Assembly: GCA_017303675.1 (NCBI GenBank)
Contig: JAFLBX010000001.1
Span: 133,970-197,969 of the forward strand
Length of the DNA: 64,000 nucleotides
Source: Ignavibacteria bacterium
Lineage (GTDB): Bacteria > Bacteroidota > Ignavibacteria > Tepidaquicellales > OLB5
Reading direction: 5' to 3'
The position numbers and the translations under genes were made by a program. Below are positions 8,656 through 19,700 of this stretch, in pieces. Position 1 is the first letter of the stretch. The number at the start of each line of letters is the position of its first letter. The notes beneath the pieces are model-generated. The model saw nothing but the letters and a program-made list of their open reading frames with translations, had not been told where the DNA came from and did not search any database.

Positions 8656-9693
8656 TTATTTCCGGGCAGAAAGCATTTCTTTTTTCAACCGCTTGATCAA
8701 ACCGGGACCTTCATATATCAGTCCGGTATAAAGCTGAACCAGCGAAGCCCCGAGATCAAGCTTCTCTCTTATATCATCATATGAGGATATCCCGCCGCAT
8801 GCTATTACTACAAGCTTACCCTGAGCCCTATTCATCACATATTTAATTACTGAATTGGAAATAGGTTCAAGCGGTTTACCGCTTAATCCCCCGCTTTCAT
8901 ATATACCTTCAGGCAGCGTATCTCTTGAAATTGTTGTATTGGTTGCTATTAGTCCTGTGATGTTATTATCTATTGAAACCTGGATAATGTCATCAAGCTC
9001 AGCTTCTGTCAGGTCAGGTGCTATCTTCAGATATATATCTTTTGCTGTATCAGAATATGTAGTATCCAGCTCCTTATTAAGCAGCTGCAAATGTTTTAAT
9101 ATTTCATCAAGGAATTTTTTCTGCTGAAGCTGTCTGAGCCCTTCGGTATTTGGAGAGCTTACATTAATTGTAAAATAATCTGCTGTTTCAAAACATTTTT
9201 CAAATGAAAACTTATAATCCTGGTAAGCGTCGTCAAGCTCAGTATGTTTATTTTTCCCGATATTAACCCCAACAATAAAATCACGCCTGATCTTTTCCTT
9301 TGATTCTTCCAGGTTTTTTTCAAATTCATCCGCGCCGGCATTATTAAAGCCCAGCCTGTTTATAACAGCGCCGAATTCCGGCAGCCTGAACATGCGCGGT
9401 TTTGGATTTCCATCCTGCGGAAGCGGTGTTACTGTACCAACTTCGGCAAAGCCGAATCCCATTGCATCCCATCCTGCTAGCGCAGTTGCATTTTTATCCA
9501 TTCCCGCGGCAAGCCCGATCGGATTACGGAATGTTAACCTGCCTGCTTTAGTTTCTAGTTTTTTATCTTCAAAACTGTAAAGCAGCTTTAAAATTGCGGG
9601 AAATATTGAACCGGATAGTTTATCTATTGTAAAATTATGGACTTTTTCGGGGTCGTAATCGAATAAAAGCGGTTTGATGATCTTTTTATACAT
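8656..9693 (-). CDS. pyrD: dihydroorotate dehydrogenase (quinone), class 2
   Basis: FRNPIGLAAGMDKN, GFAEVGTVTP, NRLGFNN, NISSPNT and GGLSGKP motifs. 345 aa with an N-terminal extension. Confidence 0.9.
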   Translation of the reverse strand: MYKKIIKPLLFDYDPEKVHNFTIDKLSGSIFPAILKLLYSFEDKKLETKAGRLTFRNPIGLAAGMDKNATALAGWDAMGFGFAEVGTVTPLPQDGNPKPRMFRLPEFGAVINRLGFNNAGADEFEKNLEESKEKIRRDFIVGVNIGKNKHTELDDAYQDYKFSFEKCFETADYFTINVSSPNTEGLRQLQQKKFLDEILKHLQLLNKELDTTYSDTAKDIYLKIAPDLTEAELDDIIQVSIDNNITGLIATNTTISRDTLPEGIYESGGLSGKPLEPISNSVIKYVMNRAQGKLVVIACGGISSYDDIREKLDLGASLVQLYTGLIYEGPGLIKRLKKEMLSARK

Positions 9694-9803
9694 TATAAAA
9701 CAAAGATAACTTAAATAATTTTTTTGTGCTATGTTGATTGCAGGTATTATACTATAATAAATTGAATTGAAGTACCCTGAATTTTAAGGTAACTTTGCAG
9801 CTT

Positions 9804-10955
9804 ATGAGCCTTGTATACTTAGATAATGCAGCCACAACTCAGGTTGATCCGGAGGTAAAGGAAGCGATGCTTCCGTGGCTTGGAGGAAATTACGGGAATT
9901 CTTCCTCCGTACATGAAGCGGGCAGGAAAGCGAAGGTATTGCTGGAAGATACCCGAGACCTGTTTGCGGAATTCATCGGTGCAAGGCCTTCTGAAATATA
10001 CTTCACATCAGGCGGTACCGAAGCAAATAACTTCGCTCTAAAAGGTTCTGCTTTTTACAATCTAGGCAAAAAAGATCATATCATAACAACCGCTATTGAA
10101 CACTCCGCCGTTATAGATACTGCTGAATACTTAAAGAACAGGTTTGGGTTTAATATCACTTATTTAAAAGTGAACAAATATGGTAGGATCGACCTTAATG
10201 AATTAAACGACTCGCTTACAGATAAGACCTTTCTGATCTCTGTAATGCATTCAAACAATGAGCTTGGCATTATTAACGATATCACCGCAGCAGCAAAGCT
10301 GCTGAAGGATAAGGGTATTATGCTTCACAGTGATATGGTACAATCATTAGGAAAAGTTAAATTCAAAATTAATGAGCTGGGTGTTAATTTCGCGTCATTT
10401 TCAGGGCATAAAATTTACGGGCCTAAAGGCCTTGGGATTTTATATATCAAAAAGGATTCCCCGATAGATAAATTCATGCACGGAGGCAGGCAGGAGCGCG
10501 ACAGAAGAGGCGGCACAGAGAATATCCCCGCAATTGCAGGGTTTAAAAAAGCAATTGAGATCTTGAAAATGAAAATGGATACTGATATTGAGAGATCTGT
10601 TGATCTGAGGAAAATTTTGATTAATGAAATACACTCTCAGTTTAAGGAAAAAATAACCATTAATTCCGCCGATGAAAACGGAATGTGTTTACCCAACATT
10701 GTGAATATTTCGTTTAATCACAAAACCACTAAAATTGATCCTGATACACTTTTAATTAAGCTTGATATGAAAGGAATTGCTGTTTCATCAGGCTCAGCCT
10801 GCACGTCAGGCTCAGTGCAGCCTTCACATGTACTAAAAGCTATAGGCTATGATGATGATACCGCAAGGTCATCTATCCGTATATCATTTGGCAGATTTAA
10901 CAATGAATCAGATATTGAAGTTTTAGTTAAGGGATTGAGTGAGATACTTTTTTAA
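9804..10955 (+). CDS. cysteine desulfurase (NifS/IscS family)
   Basis: YLDNAATT, TSGGTEANN, SGHKIYGPKG (PLP lysine) and SSGSACTSG (catalytic Cys). ATG 9804 is preferred over TTG 9795. Confidence 0.9.
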   Translation: MSLVYLDNAATTQVDPEVKEAMLPWLGGNYGNSSSVHEAGRKAKVLLEDTRDLFAEFIGARPSEIYFTSGGTEANNFALKGSAFYNLGKKDHIITTAIEHSAVIDTAEYLKNRFGFNITYLKVNKYGRIDLNELNDSLTDKTFLISVMHSNNELGIINDITAAAKLLKDKGIMLHSDMVQSLGKVKFKINELGVNFASFSGHKIYGPKGLGILYIKKDSPIDKFMHGGRQERDRRGGTENIPAIAGFKKAIEILKMKMDTDIERSVDLRKILINEIHSQFKEKITINSADENGMCLPNIVNISFNHKTTKIDPDTLLIKLDMKGIAVSSGSACTSGSVQPSHVLKAIGYDDDTARSSIRISFGRFNNESDIEVLVKGLSEILF

Positions 10956-10958
10956 AGT

Positions 10959-11729
10959 CTAATTTGATTGCTTCAGCTTAAGCTCATCAGCATTTTCTTC
11001 ATCATTACTTATTTTTTTGCTGAAAAAAAATTTACGGACCTGGTTTTTAGTGCTGCGGAATATTCCCGTGCTGATGTAAAACAGGCAAAAAGCGAACAAC
11101 CCTTCCCCTTTTGTAACCGCAATTAAAATTACTGAAAGAATGACTATAATAGTCTTAACGGGATGTTCTTTTACTTCGCGTTTATTGAATTTGGGTGTAG
11201 TATCATATTTGAACTTGCTTACCATTAACAGCGGAAGCACGATCGCAATACAGTAAATGAAAATCTCGCTTACATGTGCATTAAAGTTCTGATTATAATA
11301 GAAAAGTATAAATGAAGAAACCGTAACCGCAGGTATTGGAACAGGTACACCGCTGAAATAATTTTTATCAAAGCCAACAAGCTGGGCATTGAACCTTGCA
11401 AGGCGCAATGCGCCGAATATCATTATAAGCGCAGAAAGCGCTATGCCAATGCCATCAAGAGAAAAGAAATATACTTTGTACAATATAAATGAAGGAGCAA
11501 CCCCGAAAGAAACTAGGTCAGCCAGGGAATCCAGCTCAACCCCGAATTTTGAAGAAGTGCCTGTAAATCTGGCAACAACACCATCGAACATATCAAATAA
11601 CCCGGCATATAAGATAAACAACGCAGCCTGCTCAAAGTTAAGCGCATCAGCATTAATAATTGCCATGAACCCGCAGAACAGGTTCAGCACAGTGAATAAG
11701 CTTGGTATAAATCCCATGCGGTTCTTCAC
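10959..11729 (-). CDS. pssA: CDP-diacylglycerol--serine O-phosphatidyltransferase
   Basis: CDP-alcohol phosphatidyltransferase motif DGVVARFTGTSSKFGVELDSLADLVSF in a multi-TM protein. Confidence 0.9.
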   Translation of the reverse strand: MKNRMGFIPSLFTVLNLFCGFMAIINADALNFEQAALFILYAGLFDMFDGVVARFTGTSSKFGVELDSLADLVSFGVAPSFILYKVYFFSLDGIGIALSALIMIFGALRLARFNAQLVGFDKNYFSGVPVPIPAVTVSSFILFYYNQNFNAHVSEIFIYCIAIVLPLLMVSKFKYDTTPKFNKREVKEHPVKTIIVILSVILIAVTKGEGLFAFCLFYISTGIFRSTKNQVRKFFFSKKISNDEENADELKLKQSN

Positions 11730-12388
11730 TATTCAGGTACCTCCGCAAGGAGAGTAATACCCCCGGTTACTTTCTGATCTATACTTACTTTAATTTTTGC
11801 ATTCACAGGCATTATTATATCTGTTCTTGAACCGAATTTGATCATTCCGAATTTTTCACCGATCTTAACTTTATCACCAACTCTTAATTCACAAACTATG
11901 CGACGTGCGACAAAACCTGTGATCTGTTTAAAAAGCACTTTAAACCTTTCGCCTTCTATCCCTATCACAGTTCTTTCATTCTTATCTGCTGAAGCATGAT
12001 CATATGCTGCAATAAATTCACCTTTAATATACTGGTAGAATTTTACAGTGCCGGATATCGGCACCCTGTTTACATGAACATTAAGCGGAGAGAGAAAAAT
12101 CCCGATAACTTTGGCAGGACCTTTGATAAATTCATTCTCCTGAACCTCTTCTATCATCATTACTTTACCGTCAGCAGGAGAAAGTATATCCCCGCTTTTC
12201 AGGTTCTGCGGTATTTGCCTTACCGGGTCACGGAAAAAATAAAGTGTGAATGAAATAAATACAACCGAAAGTACCAGCAAAACCAGCTTCACAATTTCAT
12301 TGGGAATAAGAAGAGCGGCAATATCAATCGCAAGCGTAATTAATAGTGCTTTAAGTACTGTACTTCTGCCGTAAATTGTAAGTCTCAA
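11729..12388 (-). CDS. psd: phosphatidylserine decarboxylase proenzyme (short type)
   Basis: 219 aa with an N-terminal TM. GMIKFGSRTD is the self-cleavage region. The gene overlaps pssA by 1 nt. Confidence 0.85.
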   Translation of the reverse strand: MRLTIYGRSTVLKALLITLAIDIAALLIPNEIVKLVLLVLSVVFISFTLYFFRDPVRQIPQNLKSGDILSPADGKVMMIEEVQENEFIKGPAKVIGIFLSPLNVHVNRVPISGTVKFYQYIKGEFIAAYDHASADKNERTVIGIEGERFKVLFKQITGFVARRIVCELRVGDKVKIGEKFGMIKFGSRTDIIMPVNAKIKVSIDQKVTGGITLLAEVPE

Positions 12389-12404
12389 ATATTCTTAAAC
12401 CTGT

Positions 12405-13130
12405 TTACTTTCCTGTAATTCGTTTTCTGACTTCCGCATATGCTTCATTTACGCCGCCAAGGTCAAATCTGAAACGGTCCTTATCAAGCTTTTTATTAGT
12501 TCTTTTATCCCAAAGCCTGCATGTATCGGGTGTTATTTCATCACCCAGCATGATCTTGCCCGTGTTATCTTTACCGAATTCAAGCTTAAAATCTACAAGC
12601 CTCAGTCCCCTTTTTAAAAAGAAAGGTTTTAATACCTTATTTATCTTCTCGGCCATTTGTTTAAGTGTCTTCAGGTCTTTTTCAGTTGCGATCTTCATTG
12701 CCAATGCATGTGAGTCGCTTATCATCGGGTCGCCAAGTGAATCATCTTTATAATAGAATTCTACTATTGGTTTACTTAGCTGGTATCCTTCTTTAAAATT
12801 TGTTTTTTTAAGCAGGCTGCCTGCGGCAATATTGCGGACTACAACTTCGATAGGTACTATCTTAAGCTTTTTAATGATCATTTCATTTGGTGAAACCTGT
12901 TTTACAAAATGATTCCTTATTCCTTTTTTTCTCAGGTAGGTAAAAAGGAATGTTGTAAGCTCACAGTTAATTATACCTTTGTTTAGGATTTTACCTTTTT
13001 TAAGCGCATTAAAAGCTGTGGCATCATCTTTAAATTCCTGCAATAACAGGTCCGGATGCCCTTTCAATGTATAAAGCTTTTTTGCTTTACCTTCGTAAAT
13101 TTGTTTTATTTTTCTGTAATTTTCAGCCAT
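12405..13130 (-). CDS. purC: phosphoribosylaminoimidazole-succinocarboxamide synthase
   Basis: YEGKAKKLY, FKDDATAFN and DEITPDTCRLWD are SAICAR synthetase motifs. Confidence 0.9.
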   Translation of the reverse strand: MAENYRKIKQIYEGKAKKLYTLKGHPDLLLQEFKDDATAFNALKKGKILNKGIINCELTTFLFTYLRKKGIRNHFVKQVSPNEMIIKKLKIVPIEVVVRNIAAGSLLKKTNFKEGYQLSKPIVEFYYKDDSLGDPMISDSHALAMKIATEKDLKTLKQMAEKINKVLKPFFLKRGLRLVDFKLEFGKDNTGKIMLGDEITPDTCRLWDKRTNKKLDKDRFRFDLGGVNEAYAEVRKRITGK

Positions 13131-13296
13131 TTTAGTGATTTAAAATCAAAATTACTCATATCTGTTTCAAATAACAATCCAAAGCAATAAACAAACTTTT
13201 ATAAATATTATGAATTTAACCTTTTACATTTAAGCAGAAGTATTTTCCTATTAAATAAAATCAATTTGAGATAAATTAGTTTTCTCTATATTTCAA

Positions 13297-13884
13297 ATGA
13301 CTGAAAGAGCTTACGACATATTTAAGAATTTACCAATACTGGAAACAGAAAGATTGCGGCTCAGAAAGCTTTCGATGCGAGATGCTGCGGATGTATTTGC
13401 ATACGCTTCAAATCCGGAAGTTGCCGAGCATGTTACATGGGAGTATCACAGGAATATTTCAGACTCCATGCATTACCTGAGGTTCATTACACAACAATAC
13501 CAGGATGGTATCCCAAGTCCATGGGGAATTATACATAAAGAGCTTGGTAAGCTTATCGGAACAATAGGTTATCATGTATGGTCACTTGCCAACGGCTATG
13601 GCGAAGTTGGTTATGCCTTATCAAAAGATTTCTGGAATAAAGGCTATACCACTGAAGCATTCAATGAAGTAATAAGGTTTGGTTTTGAAAGACTGCAGCT
13701 TAACAGGGTTGAAGCAACCTGTAAAATAGCAAATTCAGCTTCAGAAAAAGTAATGATAAAATGCGGACTGGAATATGAAGGGATATTGAGAAAAAGATTA
13801 TTCGCAAAAGGTGAATACCATGATCTTAAGCTTTACAGCATTCTGAGAAGCAAATGGGAACAAATTTTTTATAAAAGTATATAA
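13297..13884 (+). CDS. GNAT family N-acetyltransferase (RimL-like)
   Basis: ETERLRLRKL..., WNKGYTTEA... and N.AS.KVM.KCG. Confidence 0.8.
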   Translation: MTERAYDIFKNLPILETERLRLRKLSMRDAADVFAYASNPEVAEHVTWEYHRNISDSMHYLRFITQQYQDGIPSPWGIIHKELGKLIGTIGYHVWSLANGYGEVGYALSKDFWNKGYTTEAFNEVIRFGFERLQLNRVEATCKIANSASEKVMIKCGLEYEGILRKRLFAKGEYHDLKLYSILRSKWEQIFYKSI

Positions 13885-13905
13885 AAGAACAGGATCACAA
13901 TTTAA

Positions 13906-14424
13906 TTGCCAAAAAGTAAAAAACTAAACCTGCTTGAGCTTCTAACTAAAAGAGAAGGCAAGTATGTTGGTATCGGGGTAAACCACGAAAAAAAAGATTT
14001 CAAGGGGATACTCGAGGTAAAATCTGTGGTAAACCACAAAGGAGTTTCATTCCGATACAAAGCTATCGGGATGGAAGGATCAGAATTCAATAAAGATACC
14101 GTTCTTTATAATGAAGAAACTGTACTGTATAACGAAGAGTATACTATTATTTGTTACGATAATGAAAATAAGCTGGCATTATGGACTTTGAACAATAATA
14201 TTGGCACTATGGTGCGGTTCGATCTAAGAAGATACAGGCAGGTTTCACCAAAACACATACTGTTTATTTTCGGTTACGGGGACCCCGAAGATAACAATAT
14301 CTTTCGCGAAGAAATAACAATTGAACTATGGGATAATGATGATTTAAGCTATAATTATTCCTGGGGTGAAGCCGGCGGGCATTTTTTATCAAGATCCTCT
14401 GTTAGAATGAAAAAGATTGATTAA
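13906..14424 (+). CDS. hypothetical protein
   Basis: 172-aa ORF with a TTG start. It contains an internal TVLYNEE-TVLYNEE duplication. No recognised domain. Confidence 0.4.
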   Translation: MPKSKKLNLLELLTKREGKYVGIGVNHEKKDFKGILEVKSVVNHKGVSFRYKAIGMEGSEFNKDTVLYNEETVLYNEEYTIICYDNENKLALWTLNNNIGTMVRFDLRRYRQVSPKHILFIFGYGDPEDNNIFREEITIELWDNDDLSYNYSWGEAGGHFLSRSSVRMKKID

Positions 14425-14526
14425 AACTTTTTCACCATTAAGGCTTATAGTTCACTAAGCATTGCAGAAACAGCAACGAAAAGAATTTAATCCGATTAAA
14501 CATATATCATACTTTTAGTATAGTTA

Positions 14527-15207
14527 ATGAAAAAAATCTTCATCGTAATTTTAGCCTTCTTTGCTGCAGCCTCAGTTTACTCACAAAATGATGGCATCAA
14601 CAAGCTTTCTTCATCATTTAAAATAGTGAGGCTTAAATATTCCGGCGGCGGCGATTGGTATAATGACCCATCTGCAGAAGTTAATATGATGGATTACCTG
14701 AAGAAAAATACTGTAATAGATGTTGATGAATCGAAGTTCTATTCAGTTGATATCAACTCAGATGATATTTTCAATTTCCCCTTTATACTTATTACAGGTC
14801 ACGGCAATATTTCCTTCAGTGATACTGAAGTGAAACGCTTAAGGCAGTACCTTGAGCGGGGCGGATTCTTATACGCTGATGATGACTACGGCATGGATAA
14901 GGCCTTCAGACGTGAGATGGAAAAAGTTTTCCCCGACCAGAAAATGCAGGAGCTTCCGTTTGACCATAAGATCTACAATTCACATTTCAGCTTTCCGGGC
15001 GGGCTGCCTAAGATACATGAACATGATGCAAAGCCGCCGCAGGGATTTGGCTATTATTTAAACGGCAGGCTATGCGTTTATTATACTTATGAAACCAATA
15101 TTTCTGACGGTTGGGCTGAACCGCGGGAACATGAAGACCCCCCCGAAAAACGAGAAGAATCATTCAAAATGGGTACGAATATTATTGTTTATATGTTGAA
15201 TAATTGA
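14527..15207 (+). CDS. DUF4159-like secreted protein
   Basis: Signal peptide, then ITGHGNISFSDTEVKRLRQYLERGGFLYADD, which resembles the DUF4159 core. The family assignment is from memory. Confidence 0.6.
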   Translation: MKKIFIVILAFFAAASVYSQNDGINKLSSSFKIVRLKYSGGGDWYNDPSAEVNMMDYLKKNTVIDVDESKFYSVDINSDDIFNFPFILITGHGNISFSDTEVKRLRQYLERGGFLYADDDYGMDKAFRREMEKVFPDQKMQELPFDHKIYNSHFSFPGGLPKIHEHDAKPPQGFGYYLNGRLCVYYTYETNISDGWAEPREHEDPPEKREESFKMGTNIIVYMLNN

Positions 15208-15283
15208 ATACAATTTCACTTCGAAGATACAAAGTAAAATAAGTTCTTATAAAATTTTTTATAGTTCTGTTACAACTATTGAC

Positions 15284-15877
15284 CTAAACCTTAATTGCAC
15301 CTGATTTAACTTTTCCTGACTTTTTATAATAAACAATAATCACCCCTGTAGATGTAACTAATTGTTTGATTAATTCAAAGGCAACAGGTACAGAACCACT
15401 TTCAAACAGCTTTTTTCCTCTTCCTAAAATTAATGGATGTATTTTCAGCCTGAGTTCATCTACAAGATCTTTTTTCAGCAGAAGCTGAATAAGCCTGCCG
15501 CTTCCCCACACATGAAGATCTGAGCCACTTGTTCTTTTCAGCTTTTTAAGATCATTAAGTGATTTCAGAAATATTGTATTTTCCCAGCCGGTTTTACTCC
15601 TGGTTTTTGAAAGTACATATTTTGTTCCGGTATTGATTCTCGGCCAGAAGTCAGCATGCAGAGGCCAGTATTTTTCCCAGATCTCAAATGTTTTTCTTCC
15701 CAAAAGATATTCAGCGGGCTTTAATTCTTCTTTAACTACCTTGCTGTAAACTTTATCTCCATAAGGCGAAACCCAGCCGCCATATTTAAAACCACCAGAT
15801 GGATCTTCTTTGGGTCCGCCCGGTGCCTGCATAACACCATCGAGTGTGATCATTGAAAATATAATTATTTTTCTCAT
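15284..15877 (-). CDS. dihydrofolate reductase family protein (RibD_C type)
   Basis: MRKIIIFSMITLDGVMQAPGGP...GGW...VWGSG.L is typical of the RibD C-terminal reductase family. Confidence 0.8.
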   Translation of the reverse strand: MRKIIIFSMITLDGVMQAPGGPKEDPSGGFKYGGWVSPYGDKVYSKVVKEELKPAEYLLGRKTFEIWEKYWPLHADFWPRINTGTKYVLSKTRSKTGWENTIFLKSLNDLKKLKRTSGSDLHVWGSGRLIQLLLKKDLVDELRLKIHPLILGRGKKLFESGSVPVAFELIKQLVTSTGVIIVYYKKSGKVKSGAIKV

Positions 15878-16060
15878 GTTAATTTGCTGTTTTCACTATA
15901 AACATTCATTGAATTCTTAAAATCTATTTTTTTTATACAAATCTCGCGAACAATATTGGCAAATACGCTGTGCAAATGCGACAATTTAAGAGGTTGTATG
16001 CGACCTTTTATATTCAGCAATAAAAGCCTTAACCTCTGAGGACACTGAGAGCACAGAGAC

Positions 16061-16561
16061 TCAATATTCATTGTAAACTGAATCTAACAAAAACCATTTG
16101 CACTCATTGTAATCAAATTTGTAATGATACTTTGACCAAATGTATGCAAACTTGTTTTGACCAAAACTTATATCAATTACAACATCAGTTGTGTCCCAAT
16201 CTGTCTTATCTAAAATAATACCAAATGAGTTTGTATGTACAAATTGATTCACAGTATCCGTTAGCAAATCAAGTTTTATAGAATCAGGATTAACACTTGA
16301 CGAGATCTTCCAATAAAATACTGAATCCCGGATTGGAATATTCTTCATTCGAAGTACATTTCTATAATAAACGCTATCCTCACCAACGGGCTTTATGTCA
16401 ATGTAAAAGTATCTTTTGCTCATGATGTCCTTTAATAATAATTCAATTTTATCAGCATCGCAACTTACTCTTACAGCTTTGTTGTTTTCTGGATTTCGGC
16501 TGCAACTAAAAATCACAAAAATCGAGATCAGACACAAGAGATATTTAATGATATCTTTCAT
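16061..16561 (-). CDS. hypothetical lipoprotein
   Basis: Signal peptide with the lipobox-like sequence VIFSC. No recognised domain. Confidence 0.5.
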   Translation of the reverse strand: MKDIIKYLLCLISIFVIFSCSRNPENNKAVRVSCDADKIELLLKDIMSKRYFYIDIKPVGEDSVYYRNVLRMKNIPIRDSVFYWKISSSVNPDSIKLDLLTDTVNQFVHTNSFGIILDKTDWDTTDVVIDISFGQNKFAYIWSKYHYKFDYNECKWFLLDSVYNEY

Positions 16562-16634
16562 ACATCAAATATAATGATTCAAAATAATTTTGTTTATTGA
16601 AAAGAACGCATATTTTCAGCCTGTATAATTTATC

Positions 16635-16663
16635 TTGCATTTTGGGAACAATATTAGCATAAT
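16635..16663 (+). promoter_or_regulatory. candidate sigma70-like promoter
   Basis: TTGCAT, a 17-nt spacer, then CATAAT, located 65 nt upstream of ATG 16728. Confidence 0.3.
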
Positions 16664-16727
16664 TAGGCTTAAATAGGTAAGAAACCATCAATAAACCGCA
16701 AATATTACGCCCTCTAAACAACAAATT

Positions 16728-19700
16728 ATGAGCAGTTTAGAGCTTACATACCGCAGCTTTTTAAGCAGAATTACAGAAGTTGGCAAAAAAGATATATTTT
16801 TTGCCGCGATACGTCATGCAATTATGATGATGCTTGCATTTACACTTCTGGCTTTAGTGCTTATCTCCCTTGAAGCGGTTTTTGAGCTTTCTGTAACCCT
16901 GCGTAAAATTTTCTTCTTCGGATTCATTTCAGCATTCGCAGCAACTGCAGTTACTATTATTACAGGCGCTTTCAGCGCAATTTCCAAGCTGCACAAACCC
17001 GAAACAGTAACCAGGTACGCGCGCCGAATAGGCGGTTCTTACCCCCAGATAAAAGACAACCTCATTAATGCAATTCAGCTCTACAGCTATACTGTAAAAT
17101 CAGATCATATATTTTCAAATTCACTTGCCGCTGAAACTATCAGCCAGGTGAATGAAAAAGCCAAACCGCTTGATTTCAAGCGCTCAGTGAGCTTTAAAAA
17201 AAATAATTCACTTTTGATATTTTTTGTATCTGCATTCAGTGTATTTACTCTCTTAATGTTCGCTTTCCCCAATACTTTTTTAGCCGCGGCTAACCGGATC
17301 GTAAATTACAATTTTACTTTTGTTGATAACACTCTTGGCATTGCATTTGAAGTAAAGCCGGGCAATGTGGAGCTTTCCAAAGGCGAGAGCCTTGAAGTTT
17401 CGGCATTAATAAAATTCCATGACCCTAACTACACAACTGATGAAGTTACTTTCCATACCAAAGAAGTTACACCTGACGGTATTGAAATTTCTGAAAACGA
17501 TGAAAAAATAAAAGCTGCCGCCACAAATGAGTTTAAAGCCTCAATAAAAAATATCAATTCACAGACTATATACTGGTTTGAGTACCGCGGAGTAAAAAGC
17601 AGTCCATATACAGTAACGATTACAAACCGGCCGGTTATCAAATCGGTTAAAATCACAGTTTACCCGCCTGCATACACAAAGCTGCCATCTAGAGTTATTG
17701 AATCCGGTGAAATTACAACAATTGCCGGAAGCACAATTTATATAGAGCTTGAATCAGGTGATGATTTAAGCCGTTCTATGATACAGTTTGCAGGCGCATC
17801 AGCACCTGTGAATATGGAAGTAACAGGTAAAACCGCGCGCGGATCATTTGTCGCAGTTTCAAACGGCACTTTCTCTGTAAATGCCGTAAAAGATTTTAAC
17901 GGTAAGGAGCTTACTGCTACAAATCCCAAAGATTTTACTCTCAGGGTTTTTCCGGACCAGTTCCCCGGAATATCTATTATTGAACCCGATAACAATGACC
18001 TGAACGTTCAGGGTAAACGGGAACTGCTTGTAAGATCAAGGGTCACAGATGACTTTGGCTTTACAAAAATGCGTATCGGTTATAAAACCGTAAGCTCAAA
18101 ATTCGGACCTGCGGATAAAGATTACCGCTACAGCGATATTCCGGTTAAAAATACTGATGCAACCGGACTTGAAGTGCCGTATGTTTGGAATCTTTCAACT
18201 CTTAACTTAGGCTCAGAAGATGTAGTGGAGTATTTTGTTGAAGTGTATGATAACGATGGCTTCAGCGGTCCTAAATTGACTCGCAGTGAAGTAAAAAGAC
18301 TCATTTATCCTTCAATAGAATCATTACTTAAGAAAACCGAAAAGACAAAAGATGAAGTTGAGAATTCTTTAAAAACAGCGATGGAAGAAGCGATGGAGCT
18401 GAAGAAAGATCTTGACGAGCTGAAAGATAAGATGGAAAAAAATCCCGAGGAAATGGGATTGAACGATCCTAAGAAGAACCAGGAAATGCAGCAGAAGCTG
18501 GAAAATATACAGAACAACCTGAATTCAACCCAGCAGAAGCTTGAAGAGCTGATGAAGGATCTTCAGCAGAACAGCCAGCTTTCGAAGGAAACTCTTGATA
18601 AGTACATGGAGCTGCAAAAAATGTTCCAGCAGATAGATTCCAAAGAGCTGCGCGATGCGCTGAAGAAGCTGCAGGAAGCCATGAAGAACATGAGTAAGGA
18701 TCAGCTTAAAGAAGCAATGAAGAACTTTAAGTTTGATGAGGAGAATTTTAAAAAGTCACTTGAAAAAACCATGGAGCTGCTCAATAAAATAATGAATGAG
18801 CAGAAAATGGGAGAGCTTACCCAGAAGCTGGATGATATAAGCAAAAAGCAGGATGCTTTGAAAGAAGAAACAAAGAATACCGATAAAAATGACAAGAATG
18901 CTCTGAACGATCAGTCAAAAAAGCAGGATGATATTAAGAACAGCATGCAGGATTACCAGAAACAGATGAAAGAGCTTTCAGAGAATTTTAAGAAAAACGG
19001 CGACCAGCAAATGAGCAAGGAAATGCAGAAGATGCTTGAGGAAATAATGAAAAAAATGCTCGAGCAGAAAATGCAGAACTCAAAACAGAACCTGGAACAG
19101 GGCAATAAACAGCAGTCTGAGCAGCAGCAGCAGCAGATCTCTGAAGACCTTAAAGACCTGAACCAGCAGATGCAGGATATGCTTCAGAACATGATGGATA
19201 AAGAGAACAGCAAGATGATGCAGAAGATGCAGGAATTCCTTGACAGGCTTAAGGAACTTTCCAAAAAGCAGCAGGAATTAATGGATGAATCAGAAAATTT
19301 TGATAAAAATACTGACCCTAAAGATTTCCAGGAAAATAAAATGCAGCAGGATAAGCTGCAAAACGAGCTTTCTAATCTGACCGAAGAAATGATGAGCATG
19401 GCCCAGCAGATGGGAATGAGCCCGATGATGAGCAAGAATTTAGGCGATGCATTCAATGAAATGCAAAAGGCTTCAGACCAGTTAAGCAAAAAGGACGGCA
19501 AAAGCGCTAACAAATCTCAGGGGAATGCAAAAGAATCACTCGATAAAGCAGCTGAGAGAATGCAGCAGATGTGCCAGAACGGAAAACCCGGCAACGGCAA
19601 AAAACCCGGGATGGGACTGCAGCAATTGCTTGAACAGCTTCAGCAGATGATAGCCAAGCAGCAGCAGCTTAATAACCAGATGCAGGGAATGAGTCCAAAC

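Noticed and set aside
9704-9803. TTGATT ... TATAAT (9734-9758) as a promoter in the pyrD / cysteine desulfurase divergent region.
   Set aside because: The spacer is only 13 nt, outside the 16-18 nt range for sigma70-type promoters, so it is not reported as a feature.
15874-16071. 65-aa minus-strand ORF in the gap between the lipoprotein gene and the RibD_C-type gene.
   Set aside because: It has no motif or start context and overlaps both neighbours' ends. The region more likely holds the promoter of the reductase gene.
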